A DNA stretch of 64,000 bases from Chloroflexota bacterium (GTDB lineage: Bacteria; Chloroflexota; Limnocylindria; QHBO01), in the NCBI GenBank assembly GCA_052388515.1, contig JBQTHZ010000010.1, forward strand, positions 565-64,564. Direction: 5' to 3'. Positions 1 through 8,662 of the stretch are shown in pieces; position 1 is the first letter of the stretch, and the number at the start of each line of letters is the position of its first letter. The translations under genes and the position numbers were made by a program. The notes beneath the pieces were generated by a model. It did not search any database. It was not told where the DNA came from and was given only the letters and a program-made list of their open reading frames with translations.

Positions 1-2
1 AC

Positions 3-128
3 CTCTCGCCTCGCATCCTGGCCGAGACAGGGAGCGCCATCACCAGCTTCGGGACCGACGAGGCCGGCGAGCTCTACGTGACCGATCTCGCCGGCGGCTT
101 CCTTGCGCGGATCGTGGCTGGCGGCTGA
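3..128 (+). CDS. partial CDS (3' end) of a beta-propeller sugar dehydrogenase-like protein (C-terminal ...GELYVTDLAGGFLARIVAGG*)
   Basis: An open frame runs from the window start to a TGA at 126-128. The C-terminal motif (LYVTD..G.I.RI) resembles soluble PQQ-dependent glucose/sorbosone dehydrogenase C-termini. It overlaps the RadC ORF convergently, and it is too short for the ORF track. Confidence 0.3.
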   Translation, partial: LSPRILAETGSAITSFGTDEAGELYVTDLAGGFLARIVAGG

Positions 129-820
129 CCGAGCGCGCCGAGCGCGCGCAGCGAGGTCCAGCGGCCCCGACCGATCACCAGGTGATCGAGCAGCTCGATG
201 TCGAGCAGACGTCCTGCCTCTGCCAGCTCGGCGGTGATGCGCAGGTCCTCGCCGGATGGGCCAGGATCTCCCGAGGGATGGTTGTGCGCGACGATGATCG
301 CGGCCGCACCGGCCCGAACGGCGTCGTGGTACACCTCGCCGACCCTGACCGATGAGCCGGCGAGGTTGCCGCGATAGACGGTCCGCTCGGCGGTGACCAC
401 GTTCTTGGTGTCCAGCAGCAGCACCCGCAGCTCTTCACGCTCGAGCGAGCCCATCGCGTCGACCAGCGGCTCCGCGACGTCGGTCGGCGTGCGGATCAGC
501 CACGGATCGGTCGGCCACGTCCGCGCCACCCGTCGTCCCAGCTCCGCACAGGCCGAGACCCGCAGGGCCGCCACGCGCGACAGGCCGGCAACGCGCAGCT
601 CGAGCGGAACGGCGTGCGCGAGATCGGACAGCGAGCCGAAGCGGTCGAGCAGGCGACGCGCGACGCGCGACGCGGCCACGCCATCGCCGATGATGAGGGC
701 CAGCAGATCCTCGGGCGCAATGGCCTCCGGACCGTGTCGCTCGAACCGATCGGCTGGCGGCCGTGGCCGGCGGCGGTCGCGGGAGAGCGGGATCGGATCG
801 GGAATCGGCTCCTGGGTCAT
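74..820 (-). CDS. radC: RadC-family JAMM/MPN protein (UPF0758)
   Basis: The 258-aa ORF has a HNHPSG...D JAMM metal-binding motif and a helix-hairpin-helix N-terminal region (EDLLALIIGDG). The start is placed at the internal Met MTQEPIP (ATG at 818-820). Confidence 0.85.
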   Translation of the reverse strand: MTQEPIPDPIPLSRDRRRPRPPADRFERHGPEAIAPEDLLALIIGDGVAASRVARRLLDRFGSLSDLAHAVPLELRVAGLSRVAALRVSACAELGRRVARTWPTDPWLIRTPTDVAEPLVDAMGSLEREELRVLLLDTKNVVTAERTVYRGNLAGSSVRVGEVYHDAVRAGAAAIIVAHNHPSGDPGPSGEDLRITAELAEAGRLLDIELLDHLVIGRGRWTSLRALGALGQPPATIRARKPPARSVT

Positions 821-879
821 GAGCGTCGACGATAGCGATCCGCCCATCACCAGCCGCTTACCGCCGGCTTATCGGCTCC

Positions 880-1800
880 CTACACCGGGAGGCGGACAAC
901 GTCGAAGCGGACGAGGAGTGCCAGCGCGACGGAGATGCCATTGACCATCGCGTGCATGGCGATCGGTGCGAGCAGGTTGCGCGTGCGCCGGTAGATCCAC
1001 GCGAGGGCGAGGCCCAGCAGGAAGATGGGCAGCACCGCGACCACCGAGATGTGGATGACGGCGAAGACCGCCGACGAACCGATGAATGCCCAGCGTGGTC
1101 CGCCCTCGCGCATCCAGGCGTTGAACACCACGCCGCGGAAGAAGACCTCCTCCGCGATCGGGGCGAGGATGACGACGGCCAGGATCACCAGCCATGGATC
1201 GACGAGCTGGATCGCCTGCTCCGCGGCCTGTGGCTGGGGTTCGAACCCCATCTGCTCCAACACCCAGACCACGCCGGCCGAGACGAGCGTCGCGCCGAGC
1301 CAGGCGACCACCCCCCAGCCGAGGCCGGCACGAACGGCGCCGGCGGGATCATGTCCGGGGAGCGACGGCAGCGCGGCGAGCGCTCCGGGCCGGAACACCA
1401 GGAACCAGCTGACCAGCAGGAGGGCGGCCTGCGTCGCGACGAGGAGCACGGCTCCCCCGAGGAAGGTGAGCTCGCCCTCGCCAAGGAGGAGCGCTGTCGC
1501 ATCGGTGCCGAAGGGGGCCGTGAAGATGGAGGCGAGCACCAGCACCAGGAGCAGGAGAACGAGCACGCCCGGTCCACGGTATCGCTCGGGTGGCAGGAAG
1601 CGGCGCACCCGAAGCTGCCGGATGGCGATGTAGAGGAGCCCCGTCGCGAACATGGCCGCGCCGAGCAGCGCGACCCAACCTAGCAGCGCGGAATCCTCCA
1701 CGCCGACCTGGCCTTCGATGGCCAGCGCACCGGTGCCCAGCGCGCCGATTCCGAGAAGGGCCCCGCCAACCACGAGGAGCGGACCCGGCCAGCGCGGCAT
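880..1800 (-). CDS. CPBP-family (CAAX/Abi) intramembrane metalloprotease
   Basis: A multi-TM ORF with the EEVFFRG...H motifs typical of the CPBP/Abi family. The start is placed at MPRWPG (ATG 1798-1800); the upstream ORF extension is Arg/Pro-rich and unlikely to be coding. Confidence 0.75.
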   Translation of the reverse strand: MPRWPGPLLVVGGALLGIGALGTGALAIEGQVGVEDSALLGWVALLGAAMFATGLLYIAIRQLRVRRFLPPERYRGPGVLVLLLLVLVLASIFTAPFGTDATALLLGEGELTFLGGAVLLVATQAALLLVSWFLVFRPGALAALPSLPGHDPAGAVRAGLGWGVVAWLGATLVSAGVVWVLEQMGFEPQPQAAEQAIQLVDPWLVILAVVILAPIAEEVFFRGVVFNAWMREGGPRWAFIGSSAVFAVIHISVVAVLPIFLLGLALAWIYRRTRNLLAPIAMHAMVNGISVALALLVRFDVVRLPV

Positions 1801-1895
1801 CGACACGCTCCGAGGGCCAGCCGTCGGATGCGGGCCGCTGGGCAACCCGCGTTGGCGTTCGGGCCCGTCTGGGTCCACGACCGACGCGCTCGGCG

Positions 1896-2507
1896 TCAGC
1901 TGTTGGTGGCGCCGCGCAGGCGGCCGTGCTCAGCCGTGGCGTCCGTGCTCGACTCCTCGTCGGCTGACGCCTCGACCGCCCCCGCCGCGGCCACCGGGGC
2001 CCGATTTCGGCGATGAGCCCGGGATGCGTCACGTCCGAAGTCCGTGCCGCAGAATGCGCACAGCGGCCAGTTCGGCTCCGCCAGGCGGTTGCACGATGGG
2101 CAGACACGGTGCAGGCGCGTGCGGCAGTTCGGACAGACGAGCCACTCGGTGTCGACACGGTCGCGGCAGACGGGGCAGAGCTCGTTCTTCTCCACCTCGG
2201 CCAGCAGGCTCTCCTCCGCGAGCGATCGCTCGTAGACCTCGGCGAGCGTCTCGCGCGGGCGCACGATCAGGAAGAGCACGACGGCGAAGATGAAGAGCAG
2301 CGGCGTGAAGAAGATGATGAGGGCGGCGGCGAAATACGGGAGGATCGGGTTCTCGGTCCGAGCCTGCATGTCGCGAAACGCCCAGTAGGCCGTGCCGAGC
2401 CAGAGGAGGACAACGTAGATCACGATCAGCTGGCTGGCCAGCTGCACGACCGGGTTGTTCAGGAACCCCTCCCAGAACTCACCGATCGGGTCGAGAATCG
2501 CTTCCAT
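1896..2507 (-). CDS. membrane protein with C-terminal double zinc ribbon
   Basis: Two N-terminal TM helices are followed by CPVCR...CPNCR...CPSC...CAFCG cysteine pairs. No specific family recognised. Confidence 0.55.
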   Translation of the reverse strand: MEAILDPIGEFWEGFLNNPVVQLASQLIVIYVVLLWLGTAYWAFRDMQARTENPILPYFAAALIIFFTPLLFIFAVVLFLIVRPRETLAEVYERSLAEESLLAEVEKNELCPVCRDRVDTEWLVCPNCRTRLHRVCPSCNRLAEPNWPLCAFCGTDFGRDASRAHRRNRAPVAAAGAVEASADEESSTDATAEHGRLRGATNS

Positions 2508-2648
2508 CAGTCGCTGTCAGGCCTCTCCTGCGTGGATGCGCGCCGCTCGGAGCGCCGTCGGCCATGCTAGCACGCATCATGCCCGCCGACCCCTCGGCGG
2601 CTGGTGCGCCCAGCACACGGCCGCACGTTCATGTGAGCTGCGCTCGAT

Positions 2649-3215
2649 CTATCGACGAAGCGCGGCGATGTCGGCCAGCGTGGCCACCAGCAGCCGATGC
2701 TCCTCCTCCAGGACGCGTGCGGCCAGCGCCTCGGGATCGTCGTTGGGCAGCACCGGGACGCGAGACTGGGCCAGGATCGGACCCGTGTCCAGGTCTGGCG
2801 TGACCTCGTGGATCGTCACGCCGGTCTCGGCGTCACCGGCCTGGAGCACCGACCGGTGAACGGCAAGCCCCGTCATCCCGGGGCCGCCATGTGCGGGAAG
2901 CAGGCTGGGATGGATGTTGATCGTCCGGCTACCGAACGCGGTGAAGTAGGACGGCCGCAGCAGCTGGTCGTATCCCGCCAGGAGCGCGAGCTCCACGGCC
3001 GCGCCGATGAAAGCCTCGCCGATCGCGGCGTCGCGCGCCTCCGCATCGGCGAAGTCGGCGCGGCGCAGGACCCGCACCGGGACCCCGTGGCCCGCGGCAA
3101 GCTCGAGCGCGCGCGCGGCCGGTCGATTGCTGATCACGAGCGTGACCGCGAAGCCGGCCCGCAGCACCGCCTCCAGGTTCGAGCCGCGTCCCGAGACGAG
3201 GACGCCCAGCCTCAT
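2649..3215 (-). CDS. purN: phosphoribosylglycinamide formyltransferase
   Basis: 188 aa with MRLGVLVSGRGSNLEA and the SLLP..G motif of PurN. Adjacent to purM. Confidence 0.9.
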   Translation of the reverse strand: MRLGVLVSGRGSNLEAVLRAGFAVTLVISNRPAARALELAAGHGVPVRVLRRADFADAEARDAAIGEAFIGAAVELALLAGYDQLLRPSYFTAFGSRTINIHPSLLPAHGGPGMTGLAVHRSVLQAGDAETGVTIHEVTPDLDTGPILAQSRVPVLPNDDPEALAARVLEEEHRLLVATLADIAALRR

Positions 3216-4243
3216 GCGAACCGGACGCGTGCCTCGCCATCGGGCACCGGGACCACCCGTCCGATGCGATACGCCTCGCCGAGCGCGGCGATCGCGACGT
3301 CCGCGAGGTCCGCCGGCACGACGGCGGTGAGCCCGATCCCCACGTTGAACGTCCGCACCATCTCCTCGTCGGCGATGTCACCGCTCGACTGGATGAGGCT
3401 GAAGATGCGCGGAGTTGGCCACGAGCCTGTCTCGATGTCGACACCCACGCCGGCGGGCAGCGTGCGCGGCACGTTCCCTTCCCAGCCGCCGCCGGTGATG
3501 TGGGCCATCGCGTGGATGTCGTCGCCTGCGTCGCGCAGTGCCCGACGCAGGATGCGCACCTCATCGAGGTACGATCGATGCGGCTCGAGCAGCGCATCGC
3601 CGATCGTGCGGCCATTGTCCGGCATCTGCCTGCCCCAGGTCTCTTCGGGCAGGATCCGGCGCGCCAGGCTGTAGCCGTTGGTGTGCAGGCCGGAGGATGG
3701 AAGGCCGATGACCGCATCGCCGCCCCGCGCCCGCGAGCCATCGACCAGGTCAGCTCGAGCCACGACGCCGACGATGAAACCCGCGAGGTCGTAATCGGCG
3801 CCCCGGTAGAGATCCGGCATCTGAGCCGTCTCACCGCCGATCAGCGGAATGCCCGCGGCGGCGCAGGCGGCAGCCACGCCGCCGACGATCTCCTCGACGA
3901 CGTCGGCGCGCAGGTCGCCGATGGCCAGGTAGTCCAGGAAGAAGAGTGGCGTCGCTCCGCTGACGACGATGTCGTTCATGCAGGCGTTGACGAGGTCGAC
4001 GCCGATGGTGTCGTGCCGCCCGAGCGCCACCGCGACCTTGAGCTTGGTCCCGACGCCATCCGTGCTCGACACCAGGATCGGATCGGCGTGGGCTCCGGGA
4101 TCGAAACGGAAGAGGCCACCGAATCCGCCGATCTCGCCCAGCACGGCCGGCGTCGCGGTCGCCGCCGCGGCCAGTGCGATGCGCTCGACGGCGCGCGCCG
4201 CCTCCTCCACGTCCACGCCGGCCGCGCGATACGTGCGTGCCAC
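3212..4243 (-). CDS. purM: phosphoribosylformylglycinamidine cyclo-ligase (AIR synthetase)
   Basis: AIRS motifs are present (DGVGTK, GGETAQMP). A GTG start at 4241-4243 overlaps the purF stop (GTGA); the longer ORF N-terminus looks non-coding. Confidence 0.9.
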   Translation of the reverse strand: MARTYRAAGVDVEEAARAVERIALAAAATATPAVLGEIGGFGGLFRFDPGAHADPILVSSTDGVGTKLKVAVALGRHDTIGVDLVNACMNDIVVSGATPLFFLDYLAIGDLRADVVEEIVGGVAAACAAAGIPLIGGETAQMPDLYRGADYDLAGFIVGVVARADLVDGSRARGGDAVIGLPSSGLHTNGYSLARRILPEETWGRQMPDNGRTIGDALLEPHRSYLDEVRILRRALRDAGDDIHAMAHITGGGWEGNVPRTLPAGVGVDIETGSWPTPRIFSLIQSSGDIADEEMVRTFNVGIGLTAVVPADLADVAIAALGEAYRIGRVVPVPDGEARVRFA

Positions 4244-4245
4244 GC

Positions 4246-5691
4246 TCAGGTGCGCTCCAGCGCGAGCTTGTCGAGCTCGAGCGGCACATCGGTGGGGTAG
4301 ACGCCATCGAAACAGGCGGTGCATCGCGCGTCGGTCCGTCCGCCCACTGCCTCGAGCATGGCCTCCCTGCTCAGGTAGCCGAGCGAGTCGGCGCCGATCG
4401 CGGCCCGGATGCCCTCGAGCGAATGGTTCGCCGCGATGAGCTCGTCGCGGCGACCGGTGTCGACGCCCATGTAGCACGGGTGCTTCATCTGCGGCGAGTG
4501 GATCCTGACGTGAACCTCGGCCGCGCCGGCGCGCCGCAGCATCTGGACGATCGGTCCGGTCGTGGTGCCGCGCACGATCGAGTCGTCGACGACGACCACC
4601 CGCTTGCCGGAGAGCAGCTCGGGCAGCGGGTTGAACTTCATGCGCACCGCCTCGTCGCGGCTGCGCTGGGCAGGCTGGATGAAGGTGCGCCCCACGTAGC
4701 GCGACTTGATGAGGCCCTCCCGGTATGGCAGGCGCGCCTCCTCCGCGTAGCCGATGGCAGCAGGAATGGCCGAGTCCGGGACCGCGATCACAAGGTCCGC
4801 TTCCGCGGGATGCTCACGCGCCAGGCGCCGACCCATCTCGAGGCGCGCCTCGTACAGGAGCCTGCCGTCGATGACGCTGTCCGGCCTTGCGAGATAGACG
4901 AACTCGAAGACGCAGAGCTTCTCGCGATCCGGTGCCGCGCGAGCGGACCGATCCGAACGCACGCCATCATCGTCGATGGTGAGCACCTCGCCGGCATCAA
5001 CGTCACGCACGAAGCGGGCGCCCATGGCATCGAGGGCAGCCGACTCGGAGGCCACGGCCCAGCCACCGCCCGGCAGCCGTCCCAGGGCCAGCGGGCGGAA
5101 TCCGATCGGGTCGCGCGCCGCCACGAGCGCCGTCTCGGTGAGCATCGTGAATGTGAACGCGCCGATCGCGCGGTGGAAGGCGTGGTCGACGCGCTGCGCC
5201 CAGGTCCGCCCCGGCGCGTGGGCGATCAGCTTGGCCAGAACCTCGGTGTCCGATGCGGATCCGAACTCGATCCCCTGCTCGCTCAGCTCGTCCCGCAGCC
5301 AGGTCGCGTTGGTCAGGTTCCCGTTGTGCCCCAGCATGAGCTCGCCGATGTCGGCGCGCGCGTAGACCGGCTGCACGTTGGGAAGGGTGTTCGATCCCGT
5401 GGTGCTGTACCGGGTGTGGCCGATGGCCGCCTTCGGCGCGCGGCCTCCCTCGTCACGGGCCTCCAGTCGAATCAGGGTCTCTTCGTCGAAGACGCTGCTG
5501 ACGAGGCCGAGCCGCTTGTGGAGGCTGAGCTGTCCGCCATCGGTGACGGCAATGCCGGCCGACTCCTGCCCGCGATGCTGGAGCGCATGAAGGCCGAAGA
5601 ACGCCATCCGCGCCACCGGCGAGCCAGGTGCCCAGATGCCGACGACGCCACACTCCTCGCGCGGCCCGTGCGGTGCGTACGGCGCCTGCAT
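4246..5691 (-). CDS. purF: amidophosphoribosyltransferase
   Basis: An Ntn-type MxxECGVVGI N-terminus and a PRTase domain (VVVVDDSIVRGTT). The start is at the second Met (MQAPY). Confidence 0.9.
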   Translation of the reverse strand: MQAPYAPHGPREECGVVGIWAPGSPVARMAFFGLHALQHRGQESAGIAVTDGGQLSLHKRLGLVSSVFDEETLIRLEARDEGGRAPKAAIGHTRYSTTGSNTLPNVQPVYARADIGELMLGHNGNLTNATWLRDELSEQGIEFGSASDTEVLAKLIAHAPGRTWAQRVDHAFHRAIGAFTFTMLTETALVAARDPIGFRPLALGRLPGGGWAVASESAALDAMGARFVRDVDAGEVLTIDDDGVRSDRSARAAPDREKLCVFEFVYLARPDSVIDGRLLYEARLEMGRRLAREHPAEADLVIAVPDSAIPAAIGYAEEARLPYREGLIKSRYVGRTFIQPAQRSRDEAVRMKFNPLPELLSGKRVVVVDDSIVRGTTTGPIVQMLRRAGAAEVHVRIHSPQMKHPCYMGVDTGRRDELIAANHSLEGIRAAIGADSLGYLSREAMLEAVGGRTDARCTACFDGVYPTDVPLELDKLALERT

Positions 5692-5960
5692 GGGTAGCGT
5701 CTCACCGGTCCGCTGCCGCAGGCGAATGGGCGCGCGCACGGGATCGGTCAAGCGGGTCGGTGCGAGGCCGGCACCGACCCATCATAGCGAGCGGTGGCTG
5801 CCCGTTGATGCCATCGACGGCAGATCGGCATGGGTACGGGTGGAGTACTGCACCAGAGCGCATCCGCGGGATAACGGCGCCAATTGCGAGAGTGCCGCCA
5901 CGCAACGCGGGACCATCGGCCCATGGTCGATCCGGACCCTCCCCGCCATGCTTGACCGCG

Positions 5961-7595
5961 ATGCTCTTCTTCGTACGCCTCCTCGGCTTTCTCGCACCCT
6001 TCGCCGTGGCCGGCCTGGTGGTCGTGGGCCTGGCGGTGGTTGCACAGACCCAGCCGACCGATCGAGGCTCGCTTGCCTTCGTGGCCGCGAGCGCCGTCGT
6101 GGCGGGGATGACGACGATGGCCCTCCTGGCATGGAGCTATATCGGCTGGCGCCTGAATCGCATCGCGCAGGCGCTCGAGCGCACCCTCGAGACGGATGAG
6201 CCGGTTCGACTGCGCGAGGGTGGGATTCCGGGCGAGCGACGGCTGGCCCGCGCCTTCAACGCCGCCAGCGGCGCCTTCATCCAGGTCGAGGCCCGCGCCA
6301 CCCACGATCGGCTCACCGGCATTCCCAACCGCGAGACGCTCCTCGCCACCCTCGGCTCGGAAGTCGAGCGCGCCGTGCGCCATTACAAGCCCTTCAGCCT
6401 GGCGTTCATCGACATCGACCGCTTCAAGCCGATCAACGACACCTACGGCCACAACGCGGGCGACGCGGTCCTGCGCCAGGTCGCGCGCCTGATCGCGGGC
6501 GGCGTGCGCGTCAACGATGTCTTCGGTCGCTACGGCGGCGAGGAGTTCATGCTGATCCTGCCCGAGACATTGCCGGATGACGCCGTGCGGCTGGCCGAGG
6601 AGCTGCGGGCCCTGGTTCAGCAGGAACCCCTGCGCGTCGCGGACGACCAGGTCGTGAACGTCACCATCAGCATCGGCATCGCAGGCGGTCGCGGCGCCGA
6701 GCTGCAGCTGGACATGCTCGTCGACCGAGCCGATGCGGCCATGTATGCCGCCAAGTCCCTTGGAAGGAACCGCACCTACCAGTTCCGTGATCTCGACGAC
6801 GAGGCACCCGTGCCGCGGGCACCGATCTCGGCCGAACGCCGGGCACAGGCGACCGCCATCGGCCAGTGGGCGAGTGACACGGCCACGCAGGCGCTCGCAT
6901 CGGTCCTTGCCCCGCAGGCGAACCACCGCGGACGCCCATCGGACATGATCGCGGCGCTCGCGACCGGGATCGGGCTCGAGATGGGACTGCCGTCGGAGGA
7001 GATCGAGCGGATCAGGATCGCCTCGCTCCTCCACGATTTGGGCAAGATCGCGATCCCCGAGGACATCCTCGACAAGCCGACCATGCTCACCGCTGCCGAA
7101 TGGCAGGCCATCGGCGAGCATCCGCGCATCGGCCAGGTCATCCTCGAGCAGGCGTCCAACCTGCGCGAAGCCATCCCTGTCGTCCTGCATCACCACGAGC
7201 GCTTCAACGGCGGCGGATATCCGCACGGCCTCAAGGGCAACGAGATCCCGCTCGGCGCCCGGATCGTCAGCGTCGCCGATGCATACCACGCCATGGTCCA
7301 CGAACGACCGTACAGCGCTGCGCTGACCCACGAGGAGGCTTTGGAGGAGCTCAGACGGCACGCAGGCACACAGTTCGATCCGGACGTCGTCGAGGTGTTC
7401 TGCGCCACCTACGACGCCGCGGTACCGCCGGATGGGCTGGAAGAGGTGTACCGCCTCCATGAACGGGCGCGCGGTGGCCTCGCGCACCTCCACCCCAGCG
7501 GTCACCACCACCCGCACCCCGGTGACGCGACCGGGCCCGACCCCGGGACCACGCGCCCGAGACGCAGGGCCCGCGCACGCGAGGCATCCGGCTGA
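5961..7595 (+). CDS. membrane-anchored diguanylate cyclase (GGDEF) fused to HD-GYP phosphodiesterase domain
   Basis: Two N-terminal TM helices, a GGDEF domain (RYGGEEF) and an HD-GYP domain (HHERFNGGGYPHGL). The start is ATG 5961 (MLFFVRLLG); the longer ORF upstream is Arg-rich junk. Confidence 0.85.
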   Translation: MLFFVRLLGFLAPFAVAGLVVVGLAVVAQTQPTDRGSLAFVAASAVVAGMTTMALLAWSYIGWRLNRIAQALERTLETDEPVRLREGGIPGERRLARAFNAASGAFIQVEARATHDRLTGIPNRETLLATLGSEVERAVRHYKPFSLAFIDIDRFKPINDTYGHNAGDAVLRQVARLIAGGVRVNDVFGRYGGEEFMLILPETLPDDAVRLAEELRALVQQEPLRVADDQVVNVTISIGIAGGRGAELQLDMLVDRADAAMYAAKSLGRNRTYQFRDLDDEAPVPRAPISAERRAQATAIGQWASDTATQALASVLAPQANHRGRPSDMIAALATGIGLEMGLPSEEIERIRIASLLHDLGKIAIPEDILDKPTMLTAAEWQAIGEHPRIGQVILEQASNLREAIPVVLHHHERFNGGGYPHGLKGNEIPLGARIVSVADAYHAMVHERPYSAALTHEEALEELRRHAGTQFDPDVVEVFCATYDAAVPPDGLEEVYRLHERARGGLAHLHPSGHHHPHPGDATGPDPGTTRPRRRARAREASG

Positions 7596-8662
7596 TGTCG
7601 TCTCGTGCCATCATCATCCTGGCGGTCTCGGCGGTGCTCTGCGGAGCACCGTCCTCGGCATCCGCGGCCGGGCGCAATGAACTGATCGCACCGCAGGCAT
7701 CGCCGACGTCGGGCACCATCGCGTCGACCTTCTCGTTCACTGTGACCTACGTCGGTGGCTTTCCCGCGCTTTCGGTGACGGTCGATGTCGCGGGTCGTAC
7801 GCTTCCCATGCTCCTCGCGAGTGGAACCCCGAGCAACGGCACATGGAGCATCTCGACGCTGCTCCCGCAAGGCAGCTGGTCCACGACCTTCCAGGCCGTC
7901 GCAAGCCAGGGAAAGGACCCCTCGGTCAGCGGCCCCGCGGTCACCGTCGGGACGCTATCGACGTCACCATCGCCGTCGACCAGGCCGATGTCGACGAATC
8001 CGGGCGCGCCGACCAGGTCAGCGCTCCCGAAGCCGGGCGGAGCGGGAGGCGGCTCGGATGGCCCGGGTGGCTCTGGGAGTCCGGCGTCGCCGGCCGCCCC
8101 GGCAGCGACCGACCAGCCCGCCGCCTTCTCCCAAAGCTCCAGTGAGCAACCGGGAGCGCCGCGCGCGAGCCTCACCCCGCTGCTCCCGACGCCGGTGCCG
8201 AGCGCGGCCGGCGCGGCCGGTCCGGTTCCATCCGGCGGCACCGCGGTGGACGAATCGCCCGGAGCCCGAGGGTCGATGATCGTGCCCGACGTGGGAGGAT
8301 CGCCCGTCCTGGCTCCGCGGCGAGCGGACGCCACGCCCGCCGTCGGCACAGCCCCGATCCCGTCCGAGAACGCTGTCGGGCCACTGGAACTCGCCGTTGG
8401 GCTCGGCGGCGCCGGGGTGCTCGTCCTCTTCGGATGGTTCGCTGTGCTGTCCGGCCGGCGACGCAGAGCGGCCACGGAGCCTTCGCGGGCTGGCGATGAG
8501 GTCGGGACGCCAGGCGGCACTGCCGATGAGCAGGTGACGGCGACCCTGTACCGCCGGACCCTGCGACGCTCGAAGATCCGATTCGACGAGGACCCGACCC
8601 GGGTTGGCGAGCGGGCGGCCGATCCGGTTCGGCGCTCGACCCGCAGGTCGCCTCCGACCTAG
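7595..8662 (+). CDS. secreted Pro/Ser/Ala-rich protein with C-terminal TM anchor
   Basis: Signal peptide MSSRAIIILAVSAVLCGAPSSASAAG, then a low-complexity P/S/A region and a C-terminal hydrophobic segment followed by RRRR. The start overlaps the upstream stop (TGATG). Confidence 0.5.
   Translation: MSSRAIIILAVSAVLCGAPSSASAAGRNELIAPQASPTSGTIASTFSFTVTYVGGFPALSVTVDVAGRTLPMLLASGTPSNGTWSISTLLPQGSWSTTFQAVASQGKDPSVSGPAVTVGTLSTSPSPSTRPMSTNPGAPTRSALPKPGGAGGGSDGPGGSGSPASPAAPAATDQPAAFSQSSSEQPGAPRASLTPLLPTPVPSAAGAAGPVPSGGTAVDESPGARGSMIVPDVGGSPVLAPRRADATPAVGTAPIPSENAVGPLELAVGLGGAGVLVLFGWFAVLSGRRRRAATEPSRAGDEVGTPGGTADEQVTATLYRRTLRRSKIRFDEDPTRVGERAADPVRRSTRRSPPT

Noticed and set aside
5692-5960. Regulatory RNA or PurR-type operator in the purF / GGDEF divergent intergenic region
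   Set aside because: No recognisable riboswitch core (ZTP, guanine) or clear palindromic operator found by eye; left unannotated.
5748-7517. 589-aa ORF on the minus strand antisense to the GGDEF/HD-GYP gene. Similar long antisense ORFs lie at 21250-22698, 30137-32161, 32198-33970, 39427-41580, 13972-16173 (N-terminal half) and 16097-17671.
   Set aside because: In ~70% GC DNA, stop codons are rare in all frames. These ORFs are Arg/Gly/Ala/Pro-rich, lack recognisable domains, and lie opposite genes with clear conserved domains (purA, dinB, UPF0182, purB, purC, LLM oxidoreductase). I treat them as shadow ORFs.
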